NCBI GenBank assembly: GCA_040877375.1
Contig: JBBDNW010000177.1
Coordinates: 1,609-65,608 of the forward strand
Direction: 5' to 3'
DNA length: 64,000 nt
DNA from: Pirellulales bacterium
GTDB lineage: Bacteria; Planctomycetota; Planctomycetia; Pirellulales; UBA1268
Shown here: positions 1-9,659 of the stretch, one piece after another
Layout: each line of letters starts with the position of its first letter
Numbering within the stretch: position 1 is the first letter of the stretch
The notes under the pieces: generated by a model
Database searches by the model: none
Seen by the model: only the letters and a program-made list of their open reading frames with translations
Told to the model about the DNA's origin: nothing
Made by a program: the position numbers and the translations under genes

Positions 1-224
1 GAAATCGTGTTGCTCATTGTCAGGGCCGACGTCTGGTTGAACTGCAGCGTGCCGTTGGCGACGACGTTGCCAGTGATGCTCGCCCCATCGTTGATGATCG
101 CGGTGTCACCTAGGTCGATCGTGCCCCCGGCCCAAACGCTCGTGTAGGTCGCCGTGGCCGCCACCGCCGTGTCGTGGCAGGCGAACAGGGCCGCCAGCAC
201 TAGCACGGTAGCCGAAAACGTCAT
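1..224 (-). CDS. secreted beta-strand-repeat surface protein, N-terminal fragment (autotransporter-associated repeat-like); continues beyond window
   Basis: Not in the ORF track because it runs off the window. Reverse complement from ATG (224-222) reads MTFSATVLVLAALFACHDTAVAATATYTSVWAGGTIDLGDTAIINDGASITGNVVANGTLQFNQ... This is a signal peptide followed by a G/T/N-rich repeat. Confidence 0.5.
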   Translation of the reverse strand, partial: MTFSATVLVLAALFACHDTAVAATATYTSVWAGGTIDLGDTAIINDGASITGNVVANGTLQFNQTSALTMSNTI

Positions 225-744
225 CCGACTGGTGGAAGCACGGGGAAAAACCTGACAGTGGGCCATTTGTGGAGGATCGATTTCAAGCCGTCATGACTCG
301 AGGATGAGCGGCTGAGGGATTCAGCTCTGCAAGCAGCCGTGAACGCGGGCGTCGGGACACGCACCTTCGAAAGCGGCTGGAAAACAGGAAATCGGCCCAG
401 CAGCGAACGATCCGCTGCCAAACGAAAAACTGCCGCAGGATTGAGAAGGTCAACGCGTCGGATGGACGGCGATGACGGGTGCGAGCAGGAGCGGTTCCAA
501 CGAGAGGGAAAAAAGTGCCCTGCGGGAAAATACCCGGTTGCCGGGGAGTCGTCAATCAGGCCGGCCGCCTCGACACGCGAACCGACCGTCGGCAGCGCCG
601 CTTCCTGAGTCAGAAACCCAACGGCGCAAGCCGTGGGGACCGCGGAAGATTTCCGCGGGGGCCGTTCTGAACGGGGGGTTGAGGGATTCATCCTCTCATC
701 GATACCTTTAGGGTTTACTTCCAGCGAAGGGGGGGCTTCCTGTC

Positions 745-1827
745 GTGAAGTTGGCAGACATGAGCACCGGCCCGGACATGAGCGCAGGCAACAGCGCATC
801 CGATCGCGGGACTTCACACCGGATGTTCCCCGGAAGGGCCACTGGCTTCTCTGCACGGGCCAGCGGGTTCTCCGGAAGGGCCAGCGGTTTTTCACTCATC
901 GAGATTCTGATCGTCGTGGCGATCATCGCCACGCTCGTCGGCCTGCTGCTGCCGGCGGTGCAGAGCGCTCGCGAGACCGCCCGACGCACGAGTTGCATGA
1001 GCAACTTAAGGCAGATCGGCACCGGCCTGCACAGCTTTCACGCCGCCCGCGGCTTTTTTCCAACGGCTGTCTCCGGGGGCGGAGTCCGCCACTACTGGAC
1101 AGCCCAGATGCTGCCCTACCTGGAAGAGAACCCGTTGGCGGGCATCTACGACTACACGGTGGCGTGCAACGACATCAAAAACCGTGAGGCCGTCCAGGAA
1201 TCGCCGCGGTTCACGCGCTGTCCGTCGACCCCTGGCGCACCTCTCCAGCACCCGAAGTTCAAGACCGGGACGCCCGCCTGGGGGGCGGCGGCGACGGATT
1301 ACGCCGGCTCCGATGGCCCGAGCAGCACCCTCTGGACCGCCCCGGCCGTGATCTCGTTTCCGATGCCGGGCAGCATCGACGGCTTTATGAAGGGCGGGGT
1401 CAAACCTGGTGAAAAGGGCTGGCGAATCGGCAGGATCACCGATGGCACGGCGAAGAGCATTGCCGTGTTCGAGGCCGCCGGTCGGCCCCAGGTCTGGGCC
1501 TTCGGTGGCATGATCGCCGATTCGGGGCTCGCCGCCAGCCCGTCCGGTAAATACGTCTTGCGGTGCGGCTGGGCTGATCCCAACCAGGTCGCCGTGAAGG
1601 GCTTCCGGCAGGACTTGTCCCAGGTCGACCCTGTAAGCCAATGCAAGTCGCCGGGGCCGCAACTGGTCAACGGCAGCAACAACTCCGGTATCTACGCCTT
1701 TCACCCCGGCGGGGCGAACGTGCTGTTCGCCGACGGATCGACGCGATTCCTGGACGATACGATGAGAGCCGACGTGGTGGCGGCGCTGCTCACCGTGCAG
1801 GCCGCCGACATGGCGGTCATGCCCTGA
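745..1827 (+). CDS. DUF1559 family protein with prepilin-type N-terminal cleavage/methylation domain and H-X9-DG C-terminal motif
   Basis: GFSLIEILIVVAIIATLVGLLLPAVQSARETARRTSCMSNLRQIG is a type IV pilin-like N-terminus. C-terminal FHPGGANVLFADGSTRFL is the H-X9-DG motif. The true start is probably ATG 823 (MFPGRATGFS...). Confidence 0.9.
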   Translation: MKLADMSTGPDMSAGNSASDRGTSHRMFPGRATGFSARASGFSGRASGFSLIEILIVVAIIATLVGLLLPAVQSARETARRTSCMSNLRQIGTGLHSFHAARGFFPTAVSGGGVRHYWTAQMLPYLEENPLAGIYDYTVACNDIKNREAVQESPRFTRCPSTPGAPLQHPKFKTGTPAWGAAATDYAGSDGPSSTLWTAPAVISFPMPGSIDGFMKGGVKPGEKGWRIGRITDGTAKSIAVFEAAGRPQVWAFGGMIADSGLAASPSGKYVLRCGWADPNQVAVKGFRQDLSQVDPVSQCKSPGPQLVNGSNNSGIYAFHPGGANVLFADGSTRFLDDTMRADVVAALLTVQAADMAVMP

Positions 1828-1833
1828 ATACCA

Positions 1834-3096
1834 GTGAGACGCATGCGAGTGAACGACCGCAGACCATTGTCCAGCACCTCGGCTCCGCGGGAATATCGCG
1901 GCACCGTGCTAACGCTTCTTGTCGCAGCGATCGCCGTCGTTGTCGGCTCCACCTGCGAGGCGCAGCAGTCGCCTGCTTCAAAAAAACCACCTCGGCCCGA
2001 GCGCACGGCGGCAACGCGTGACGTCGCCGCCAGCCGGCTGCGGGACATCTACCGCGGGGCCTCGCAGGCATGGCCGCCGCCCCACGTCGATCCAGGAATC
2101 GAGTGGCGCGAGATTGGTCTTCTTCCGGAGGTTATCCATCCCGAGTCGAATCCCGTGAGCATCGAGAAGGTGGCGCTGGGACGCACGCTCTTCTTCGATG
2201 CCCGCCTCTCGTCGAGCGGCAAGCTGGCCTGTGTCTCGTGCCACGAGCCGAGCCTCGGATGGGCTGATGGCCGGGGCGTGAGTGAGCCGCGCGGCAAAGG
2301 CCCCGGCAGGAACGCTCCGACGATCCGCAATACGGCCTTCCAGTCAGCGCTCTTCTGGGACGGCAGGGCGGCCAGTCTCGAGGAGCAGATCGAGGAGGCG
2401 CTCACGAATCCGGCGGAGATGGACGCCGACCGCGATCAAGTGGTCGATCTGCTTGCGACGATCCCGGGCTATCGAAAGCTCCACGATGACGCGTTTCCGG
2501 GGCAGCCGATCGAGTTTACGGCCGTGGTCGAGGCGATCGCCTGCTTCGAGCGAACAGTCGTGGGCGGACGATCGCGATTCGACGCCTTCATGAAGGGGGA
2601 TGCCGCCGCGCTCTCTGATGAGGAAGTCCTCGGTCTCGACCTCTTTCGGCGTGAGGCCCGGTGCATGAACTGCCACCACGGCCCCCCTTTCAGCGACGGC
2701 CGCTTTCACGACCTCGGCCTGAGCCACCACGGGCGCACCAACGAAGACCTCGGCCGCTATCGGATCACCCACGATCCGGTCGACAAGGGCCGCTTCCGCA
2801 CCCCCACGCTCCGCGACATCACGCAGACGTCGCCCTACATGCACAACGGCATGTTCGAACTGCGGGGCGTGCTCGCGATGTATAACGCAGGCATGGTGAC
2901 GCTGAAGCGGCAGCCGTTCGAGCGGGATGATCAGGAGTTTCCGATCAAGTCACCGCACCTGAAGCCGCTGGGGCTGAACCGCCAGGATCTGGCCGACCTC
3001 GCCGCTTTCCTGGCAACGCTCGAGGAGCCACCCCGCGGGATGCGGCCGCCAAGGCTCCCTGGGCTCGAGGGCCCTCCCGTCAGCGAGGAACGGTGA
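1834..3096 (+). CDS. di-haem cytochrome c peroxidase (CCP/MauG family)
   Basis: Two CxxCH haem motifs (CVSCHEP, CMNCHHG). LGRTLFFDARLSSSG...GWADG is typical of bacterial CCP. N-terminal signal/anchor present. Alternative start at ATG 1843. Confidence 0.9.
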   Translation: MRRMRVNDRRPLSSTSAPREYRGTVLTLLVAAIAVVVGSTCEAQQSPASKKPPRPERTAATRDVAASRLRDIYRGASQAWPPPHVDPGIEWREIGLLPEVIHPESNPVSIEKVALGRTLFFDARLSSSGKLACVSCHEPSLGWADGRGVSEPRGKGPGRNAPTIRNTAFQSALFWDGRAASLEEQIEEALTNPAEMDADRDQVVDLLATIPGYRKLHDDAFPGQPIEFTAVVEAIACFERTVVGGRSRFDAFMKGDAAALSDEEVLGLDLFRREARCMNCHHGPPFSDGRFHDLGLSHHGRTNEDLGRYRITHDPVDKGRFRTPTLRDITQTSPYMHNGMFELRGVLAMYNAGMVTLKRQPFERDDQEFPIKSPHLKPLGLNRQDLADLAAFLATLEEPPRGMRPPRLPGLEGPPVSEER

Positions 3097-6000
3097 CGGC
3101 TCGCCGAGCGGCGGTGACGGCCGCGTTGGAGAGTCCGTGGATGTGCACCTTGCCCTCGGCATCCGCGGTGACGAGCGTCGTGCCATCAGGACTCAGGGCC
3201 AGCGCCCGGGGCACATCCGGCTGCCCCGGCAGACGGCAGACTTCGGAGCCCGAGTCCACGTCCCAGATGCGGACTGTGGCATCCGTCCCGGCCGTCACGA
3301 TCCGGCGGCCGTCGGGGCTCCACAGCACCTTTTCGACGCGGCCTTCATGACCGCGGAAGACGCGGAGTTCCTCCCCGGTTGTGATGTCCCAGAGGCGGGC
3401 GGTCTCATCCAGCGAACCCGTCACGAGGCGGGTGCCTTTGGAATCGAAGGCGATGGACCGCACCTGGTCGCTGTGGCCGACGAGTTTGGCCAACTGCTCT
3501 CCAGTTGCAAAGTCGTCGAGATGAACGGTGCCGATCGCCATTCCGGCGGCCAGCACCCGCCCGTCGGGGCTGGCTGCGAGGCAGTTGATGATGCCGCGCG
3601 GGCCCGTAGCCGCCATCACCTGGCCGGTCGCCGCGTCGTGCAGTTCTGGTTTCACGTATGCCAGTCGTGTGCCATTGAGGCCGAACACCGCGGCAACGTC
3701 GATGTCGAGAGACGTCCGCCGCGCGGAGAACTCCAGAAGCTTGTCTCCCGTGTTTACGTTCCAGACTGTCGCGACGCCCTCGTGCGAGGTGGTCGCGAGC
3801 CGTGATCCGTCGGGGCTGAACGTCATCGTCACGGCGCCATGCGTGTGGTCCCCGAGCGAGGAGAAAACTTCCCCGGTGTCCGTTCGCCAGATACAGACAT
3901 TCCCTTTCGCTCCAGACGTCTTGGACGCAGCCGCGAGGAGCCCGCCATCGGGGCTGTAGGCGACCTCGGTCACGCTGCCCGCCGCGCCGCGGAGCGTGCG
4001 GAGTCGGTCCAACGTTCGCGGGTCCCAGACTTCGATGTCGCCGGTCTCCTGGGGGGCGATGGCCAGTTGGCTGCCATCCGGACTGAACACGGCGGCCGTC
4101 ATCCCGCGCACGTCCGCGAGCACGGCGAGCGGCTCCGTCGCCGATCGGGACCAGATCCGCACCGTGCTATCGTCTGAGCCGGAGGCGAGCGTCTCGCCGT
4201 CGGGCCGGAACGCGAGCGTCGTGATCAGCCCGTCGTGCCCCATCAGATCCTGCTCGCAGGTGAACGTCTGCGTGTTCCAGAGCCGAATATGTCCGTTGGC
4301 GGTTCCCTCGGCGATCTGCCTGCCATCGGAACTGTACGCCACCGCCGTGACCGCCGTGGCGTGGCCCGGCAGGCTCGCGATCAGTTGCCCATCGGCGGCG
4401 CTCCACACGCGCAGCTCGTGTTCCTCGCCTGTCATGACGAGCCGGGCGTCATCCGGACTGAACGTGAGGAAGGCGGACGTCGGCCCGAGCCCCCGCGGCT
4501 TCGTGATGGAGCACAGCCGTCGCCCGTCGCCGGCGTCGTGCACGAGCACATCGAAGGGTTTTTTCGCCCCATTCACGACGACGGCAATCCGCTCGCCGTG
4601 GGGACTGAACTGAAACGCGGGAATCTCCGCATCGTTGCCGCCACACCAGGTGATGAACCCGCCGCTATCTGCATCCCAGAGCCCAAGTGCACCGCTGTCA
4701 TTCTGAATGACCATGCGGCTGGCGTCGGGGCTAAACACCGCCAGCTTGAGCCGTCCCCGATGCCCGTCGAGGACGACCTCGTCGCGTCCCGTTGCCCGTG
4801 CCACGATGCGGACGCTGCCGTCCTGGGCATGCACAGCCAGCCGTGTGCCGTCGTGGCTCATGGCCAGCGGCACGAGCGAGCCGGCCGATGGGCTGCCGAC
4901 GTCGCTCCCCAGGCCTGCGGGGCCGCGCCAGACCCGCACCCAATCCTCGTCCTGCGGTGCGAGGGGGACGTAGTGGTGGCGGTCGTCCGCGGAGAAAAAA
5001 GCGAGTGAGAGGCGATGGATTCCAACGTGGGATGTCGGGTGCTCGAGAAGCGACTGGACTGTCTTGGAGAGGTTTCGGTCCAGCTTCGCAACTGCTGCCA
5101 TTCCCAGCACGCTGCCATCTGGACTGTAGATGACCTCGCGGACCTGCCCCTTCCCAACGTTGATGGCGACCAGGGCCTCATCGATTCCTGCGCCCAGCAC
5201 CCGCATCTCGAGCGGTAGCGGCATCCCCGCGAGCGGGAGCGTGTCGTCGTAGATTTGGCGTGCCATTCGCAGGTTGTGGCTGTCTAGACACCCCCGGAGC
5301 GAACGCAGATTGGAGATATAGAGCTGCCGCATCGCCTCCCGGTTGGCGACATCGGCCCGCCCCCGCTCCGCGACCGCGAGCACCCGCTGCTGCTCGGCAC
5401 GCACCGCAAACATCGAGATGCCAACGATCGCGATCAGGAGCGCTGCCACCATGCCTACCGCCGCCATGGCCGCAAGCCTGTGCCGCCGCGCCAGCCGCAC
5501 GACCGAGTCGATCAGCCGCGGCGGGCTGGCGGTGATCGCTTCGCCACGAAGATATCGGCCCAGATCGGCCTCGAGTTCGGCCGCGCTGGAATACCGTCGG
5601 CCACGGTCCTTCTCTAAGCATTTCGCGACGATTGTCGTCAGCTCGCCGCGGAGTCTTGGATTGACGGTGGAGAGCAACGGCGGCTCCACCTCATTGACGA
5701 CGCGGGCCACCTCGTAGACCGCCAGACGCTTGAGGTCGTAGGGCTGCCTGCCGGCGAGGAGTTCGTAGAAGACGACGCCTAGAGAATAGACATCGGCCCG
5801 CACATCGAGGTCGGCGGTCGTGCCATCGAACTGCTCGGGGCACATGTAAAACAGCGTTCCCACGAGCTGCCCGAGATCGGTGTGCATCGTGGTGAGCGCC
5901 AGATCGCCGTCGGTGCTTCGAGCCACGCCGAAATCGATGATCTTTGGCTGCCCTTGAGCATCGACGAGGATGTTGCCCGGCTTGAGGTCGCGATGGATCA

Positions 6001-6517
6001 CGCCCCGTTGATGGCCGTGGGCGACCGCGCGGCAGACCTCTCGAAAAAGCGTCACGCGGTCGCGAACCGCGAGGCTGTGCCTGTTCGCAAAACTGGTGAT
6101 CGAGAGGGCCTCCTCGATGTATTCCATGACGAAATACGGCACCGTGCAGCCGGGCAACTCCTGCATCCCCACGGTGTAGATGCGGGCGATTCCCGGATGG
6201 GTGAGCCGCCCGAGGATCTGGGCCTCGTACTCGAACCGCTGCGCCGCGGTGGCTGAGAGCAGTCCGGGGCGGATCACTTTGACGGCGACGGACCGGCAGG
6301 GCATCTCCTGCAGCCCCTCGTAGACCCGCCCCATGCCCCCCTCGGCGATGAACCTTACGATCGCCACGTCGCCGAGCCGCGCGCCGGGCACGAGGTCGCC
6401 CACCGTCGAAGCAGCAGGAGACGGCCGCAGCAAATCGGTCAGCCCAGCGGCACTGAGCCCGCCGTTGATAATCGAATCGACCCGCACAGCGGGTGGATGC
6501 GGTTCGGATCGCTCCAT
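3080..6517 (-). CDS. Ser/Thr protein kinase with TM segment and long C-terminal WD40 beta-propeller region
   Basis: Kinase motifs VAVKVI, HRDLKPGNIL, DFGVA and PEQ. TM segment AAMAAVGMVAALLIAIVGISMF. Many WD40-like units (GH...SPDG...D.T.R.WD). Confidence 0.9.
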   Translation of the reverse strand: MERSEPHPPAVRVDSIINGGLSAAGLTDLLRPSPAASTVGDLVPGARLGDVAIVRFIAEGGMGRVYEGLQEMPCRSVAVKVIRPGLLSATAAQRFEYEAQILGRLTHPGIARIYTVGMQELPGCTVPYFVMEYIEEALSITSFANRHSLAVRDRVTLFREVCRAVAHGHQRGVIHRDLKPGNILVDAQGQPKIIDFGVARSTDGDLALTTMHTDLGQLVGTLFYMCPEQFDGTTADLDVRADVYSLGVVFYELLAGRQPYDLKRLAVYEVARVVNEVEPPLLSTVNPRLRGELTTIVAKCLEKDRGRRYSSAAELEADLGRYLRGEAITASPPRLIDSVVRLARRHRLAAMAAVGMVAALLIAIVGISMFAVRAEQQRVLAVAERGRADVANREAMRQLYISNLRSLRGCLDSHNLRMARQIYDDTLPLAGMPLPLEMRVLGAGIDEALVAINVGKGQVREVIYSPDGSVLGMAAVAKLDRNLSKTVQSLLEHPTSHVGIHRLSLAFFSADDRHHYVPLAPQDEDWVRVWRGPAGLGSDVGSPSAGSLVPLAMSHDGTRLAVHAQDGSVRIVARATGRDEVVLDGHRGRLKLAVFSPDASRMVIQNDSGALGLWDADSGGFITWCGGNDAEIPAFQFSPHGERIAVVVNGAKKPFDVLVHDAGDGRRLCSITKPRGLGPTSAFLTFSPDDARLVMTGEEHELRVWSAADGQLIASLPGHATAVTAVAYSSDGRQIAEGTANGHIRLWNTQTFTCEQDLMGHDGLITTLAFRPDGETLASGSDDSTVRIWSRSATEPLAVLADVRGMTAAVFSPDGSQLAIAPQETGDIEVWDPRTLDRLRTLRGAAGSVTEVAYSPDGGLLAAASKTSGAKGNVCIWRTDTGEVFSSLGDHTHGAVTMTFSPDGSRLATTSHEGVATVWNVNTGDKLLEFSARRTSLDIDVAAVFGLNGTRLAYVKPELHDAATGQVMAATGPRGIINCLAASPDGRVLAAGMAIGTVHLDDFATGEQLAKLVGHSDQVRSIAFDSKGTRLVTGSLDETARLWDITTGEELRVFRGHEGRVEKVLWSPDGRRIVTAGTDATVRIWDVDSGSEVCRLPGQPDVPRALALSPDGTTLVTADAEGKVHIHGLSNAAVTAARRAVTVPR

Positions 6518-6560
6518 GGCGAATCATCCGTAGAAGTCGGCCGCTGGCTTGTGATCGAAT

Positions 6561-7472
6561 CTATCCTAGCCGAAGCCGCCAGCGGGACCGGCGCCGCAGA
6601 TGGGCCAGAACCCCAACGCTGGCCGCGGCGCACCCAAGCAACGCGATGGCCTCTGGTTCCGGCGTAAGGACCGTCTCCGGGTCAGTACCGAATCCGAACA
6701 GGTGGTTCGGGCTGACGTCGGCGACGGTGAAGCCGGTCAGATCAGGCGAGGTGAACACGAACGTGGCCGAGTTCCGCACAAGCACGAGGCCGTTGAGACT
6801 CTTATTGTGGACCGTCAGATCGCCGGCGGCGCGGTAGATCCCGAAGTCAGCCCCATCGACGATATTCCCGTTGAACTTGTTGAAAAAGGTGCCCGATGTG
6901 GTGCCGTTGTTGCCCGCCGTGCCGATGCCAAAGCCCAGTTGGGGAAACTGCATGACGTCCCACTGCGACAATCCGAGCGACCACGATTTGAACTGCCAGG
7001 AGTTGTCGTTCGTTTTGGTGGCGACGAGATTGGACGACAGATGCGGGCCGGTGCCACTCGGGATCACGCCGCCGGGGGACGGCGGCGAGTAGTTGATGGG
7101 CACGTCGGGGGCGGCGGTGAAGACCTGCCAGGCGGAGCCCGTGCCCGACATCGAGGTGAGCGTCGGCCGGACACCGCCGGATTTCACAATGTCAAAATAG
7201 AAACTCGTCAGCAGGTCTGACGGGTATGCCGAATCGGCCGATGAGGTGTTCTCGAGCATCACGGTGAGCGTGGTGTTGCTGATCGTGAGCGTGGCGCGGC
7301 TGGCGATCGGTGTGCCGCTCATCGACGTGCCGGATGACGTCAGCGTGGTGGTGTTCAAGATGTCGCCTCGGGCCGGTAACGTCGCCAAAGCCACCACAGT
7401 GGCTGCGGCGAGCGCGGCCGCGGCCGCGACGGAATGGAGGAGATGACAGACGGGGTGCTGGGCGACGTTCAT
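6561..7472 (-). CDS. PEP-CTERM sorting-domain surface protein
   Basis: The C-terminus PEPEAIALLGCAAASVGVLAHLRRRSR combines PEP, a TM helix and a basic tail. Signal peptide runs from MNVAQHPV... (ATG at 7472-7470). The ORF-track start at 7526 is probably too long. Confidence 0.8.
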   Translation of the reverse strand: MNVAQHPVCHLLHSVAAAAALAAATVVALATLPARGDILNTTTLTSSGTSMSGTPIASRATLTISNTTLTVMLENTSSADSAYPSDLLTSFYFDIVKSGGVRPTLTSMSGTGSAWQVFTAAPDVPINYSPPSPGGVIPSGTGPHLSSNLVATKTNDNSWQFKSWSLGLSQWDVMQFPQLGFGIGTAGNNGTTSGTFFNKFNGNIVDGADFGIYRAAGDLTVHNKSLNGLVLVRNSATFVFTSPDLTGFTVADVSPNHLFGFGTDPETVLTPEPEAIALLGCAAASVGVLAHLRRRSRWRLRLG

Positions 7473-7785
7473 GGTGGGACTCCGCGTAAGCCAGGGGATT
7501 GCTCGCGGCTTCCACTGCCTGGTCACGCGCCGACATGGCTATCGGCGCAACAAAAAAGCCGCCGCGATCCGCACCCCTCGTGGGTGACGAATCACGCCGG
7601 CTTACGTCCCGACGAACCTCCCGGCGGGCCGGGCTGTTCTTCGTGAGGTGCGTCTGCCAGTCGAAGATTGGATCAGGGCCTACGGGCAATGCCGTCTTTC
7701 CCGATCCGTGGGGATGCTAGGCGCGGGCCAGTGCCGAAGGCAAACGGGCGGCCTGCTCGGGCGAAATCCACCGCCGGCCAACTGT

Positions 7786-8697
7786 TCAAGCCGCGTGACG
7801 CAGCCTCGGAGCCGCAGCCACTGGGGCAGCGACGGTAATTGAGTGATCACGGCCGAGGACGGCGTAGAGCGAATCACTCGTCGGCGAGCGGTCGAAGACA
7901 TTCATCCGCTTCACCTCGAGACCGGCAGCCGCGGCCATCGCCGCGAGCGTGCGGGGCGTGAAGTAGTTGACATGATCAGGCCAGCGGTAGCCGCACCATT
8001 TTGACCCACGGAGGTGGCGGCCGACGGAGTTGTAGTTGGGCACCTTGATCACGACCCGTCCGTCGTGGGTCAGCCGTTCGCGGCACCTGCGCAGCAGCGG
8101 CAAGGGTTCGATCTCATGCTCGAGAATGCAGGACAACACGACGACGTGGACACTGCCCCGATCGAGTTGGCCAAGCCCTTCGATCCCGGTGCCGTGGATG
8201 CAACGGCCACCCCGGCCGCGGAGCGCAAACTCCGCGATACCGGCCAGCTGCGTTGAAATCTCGATGCCGATAGGCTCCAGCCGCGCGGCCACGTCTTGTG
8301 GCACCCGGCCGATGACCCGCATGGCAAGCGTGCCCTGTGCGCAGCCGACGTCGACGAGTCGGATCGATCCGTCGTCGTCGCTGCCGAACTCACGCACGAG
8401 CGACTGCACGATCGAAGCGACCTTGTCACGCTTGAGGAATCGCTGCCGAAACGTCTTCAGGGCGCTGCTGAGCGCATAGAGCTTTGGTTCGGCGCGGCGG
8501 CGGCGGTGTGACTCCTCGGCATGGGTCACTTCCCAGGCAAACTCGTCACGAAACCGCTCTTGGGCCGGGGGATTGGCGAGATAGACGAAGCCCGTCTCCT
8601 CGCATCGACGCAGCTGCCAGGGCGACGGTGCGTCACCGAGGGGCGTGGCGCGAGAGTCTCGTTCAAGGAGCGGACAGGGGCGTGACGGCGTGATCAT
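7786..8697 (-). CDS. class I SAM-dependent methyltransferase
   Basis: Glycine-rich SAM motif VDVGCAQGTLAMRV with a downstream acidic loop. Length is about 300 aa. Confidence 0.7.
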   Translation of the reverse strand: MITPSRPCPLLERDSRATPLGDAPSPWQLRRCEETGFVYLANPPAQERFRDEFAWEVTHAEESHRRRRAEPKLYALSSALKTFRQRFLKRDKVASIVQSLVREFGSDDDGSIRLVDVGCAQGTLAMRVIGRVPQDVAARLEPIGIEISTQLAGIAEFALRGRGGRCIHGTGIEGLGQLDRGSVHVVVLSCILEHEIEPLPLLRRCRERLTHDGRVVIKVPNYNSVGRHLRGSKWCGYRWPDHVNYFTPRTLAAMAAAAGLEVKRMNVFDRSPTSDSLYAVLGRDHSITVAAPVAAAPRLRHAA

Positions 8698-8827
8698 CGC
8701 GGAGACTCCAGAAGCACGGCGCGAGCGATACGGGGTCTATCGGCAAAGCCAGCCCCGTTTCCCCAGTTCGTACGACTGCGATGATCGGACGCTGCCGTCG
8801 CCCTTGTTGCCCAGCTTGCCTTCCCGC

Positions 8828-8940
8828 CAGGAAGCCCCAAGCGCGAGCGCGGGGAAGATGCCCGCCACCCCGAACCGTTTCGCGCTATCGACACGGTCGC
8901 CACCCGTATTCCCATCGCTCGCGCTCCGGGCTTTTTGGGA
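8828..8940. repeat. REPIN-like inverted doublet repeat (family A, copy 1)
   Basis: Left arm GGAAGCCCCAAGCGCGAGCGCGGGGAAG and right arm ATTCCCATCGCTCGCGCTCCGGGCTT are imperfect inverted repeats (22/27). The spacer is about 55 nt. Homologous copies lie at 45121-45232 (inverted) and 49748-49857. Confidence 0.85.
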
Positions 8941-8943
8941 AGC

Positions 8944-8981
8944 AAAAAAAGAAACGGGCGGCATCACAATGGATGCCGCCC
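8944..8981 (-). terminator. Rho-independent terminator downstream of the HU gene
   Basis: Perfect 10-bp stem GGGCGGCATC/GATGCCGCCC (8956-8981) with a 6-nt loop. On the minus strand it is followed by GTTTCTTTTTTT. Confidence 0.75.
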
Positions 8982-9013
8982 GTCGATTGCTCGCGAACTG
9001 TCTATTTCCTGGC

Positions 9014-9343
9014 TTAGGGGGAAACCATGGCCTTGAGGTTCTTCAAGGCGCGAACGCGGACCTTGACGCTGGCCGGCTTGGCCGGACGGTCCTGCAGTTC
9101 GCCGGTGAACGGGTTTTTAACACCCTTCTGTGCTGGGCGGGCCGGAACCTTGCGACGCTCAATCTTCACGAGTCCGGGGATCGAGAACACGCCGATCCCT
9201 GAGCCCTTGAGGGCCTTTTGGATCTCGGTGGTCAGCGACTCCAGAACTGCCACGACGTCCTTCTTCGGAAGGTTTGTCGTCTCGGAGATGCTCCGCATGA
9301 TCTCCGTCTTTGTCATCGGCTTGCTTCCCGACTTCTTCGCCAT
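9014..9343 (-). CDS. HU/IHF-family DNA-binding protein
   Basis: MTKTEIMRSISETTNLPKKDVVAVLESLTTEIQKALK...NPFTGE...VRVRALKNLK matches the HU fold pattern, including the beta-arm R-x-G-x-NP-x-TGE-like segment. Confidence 0.85.
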   Translation of the reverse strand: MAKKSGSKPMTKTEIMRSISETTNLPKKDVVAVLESLTTEIQKALKGSGIGVFSIPGLVKIERRKVPARPAQKGVKNPFTGELQDRPAKPASVKVRVRALKNLKAMVSP

Positions 9344-9659
9344 CGCCAGTCCTCCAAAATGTCAGAGTTGAGTGCGGTAGGAGCCCCACCGCCGTCAGAA
9401 AATCTCGGCTCAAAAGGCCGAACGAGACGCCGATTAGACTTTGCGGGTCTGAAAATGCAACCCAAAAAAAGCATCCGTCCCTGAAAAAAGGCCATTTTCC
9501 TGGCTTCGGGGCGTGTTTTTCTCCACGGTGCGGTCGTGAATAGCTCGATTGTTCGTGGAAAACCCCGCGATTCAAGGAGCGGATGGCACGCGGCACACCC
9601 GTTTGGGTGCAGGTGGTACGATCCCACGAGACGGTTGGTCGCCAGTCATCCGTGATTCC

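Noticed and set aside
7540-7585. Possible minus-strand terminator (CACCC-ACGAG-GGGTG ... GGCTTTTTT) between the methyltransferase and PEP-CTERM genes.
   Set aside because: The stem is short (5 bp) and separated from the T-run by about 15 nt. This is too weak to annotate.
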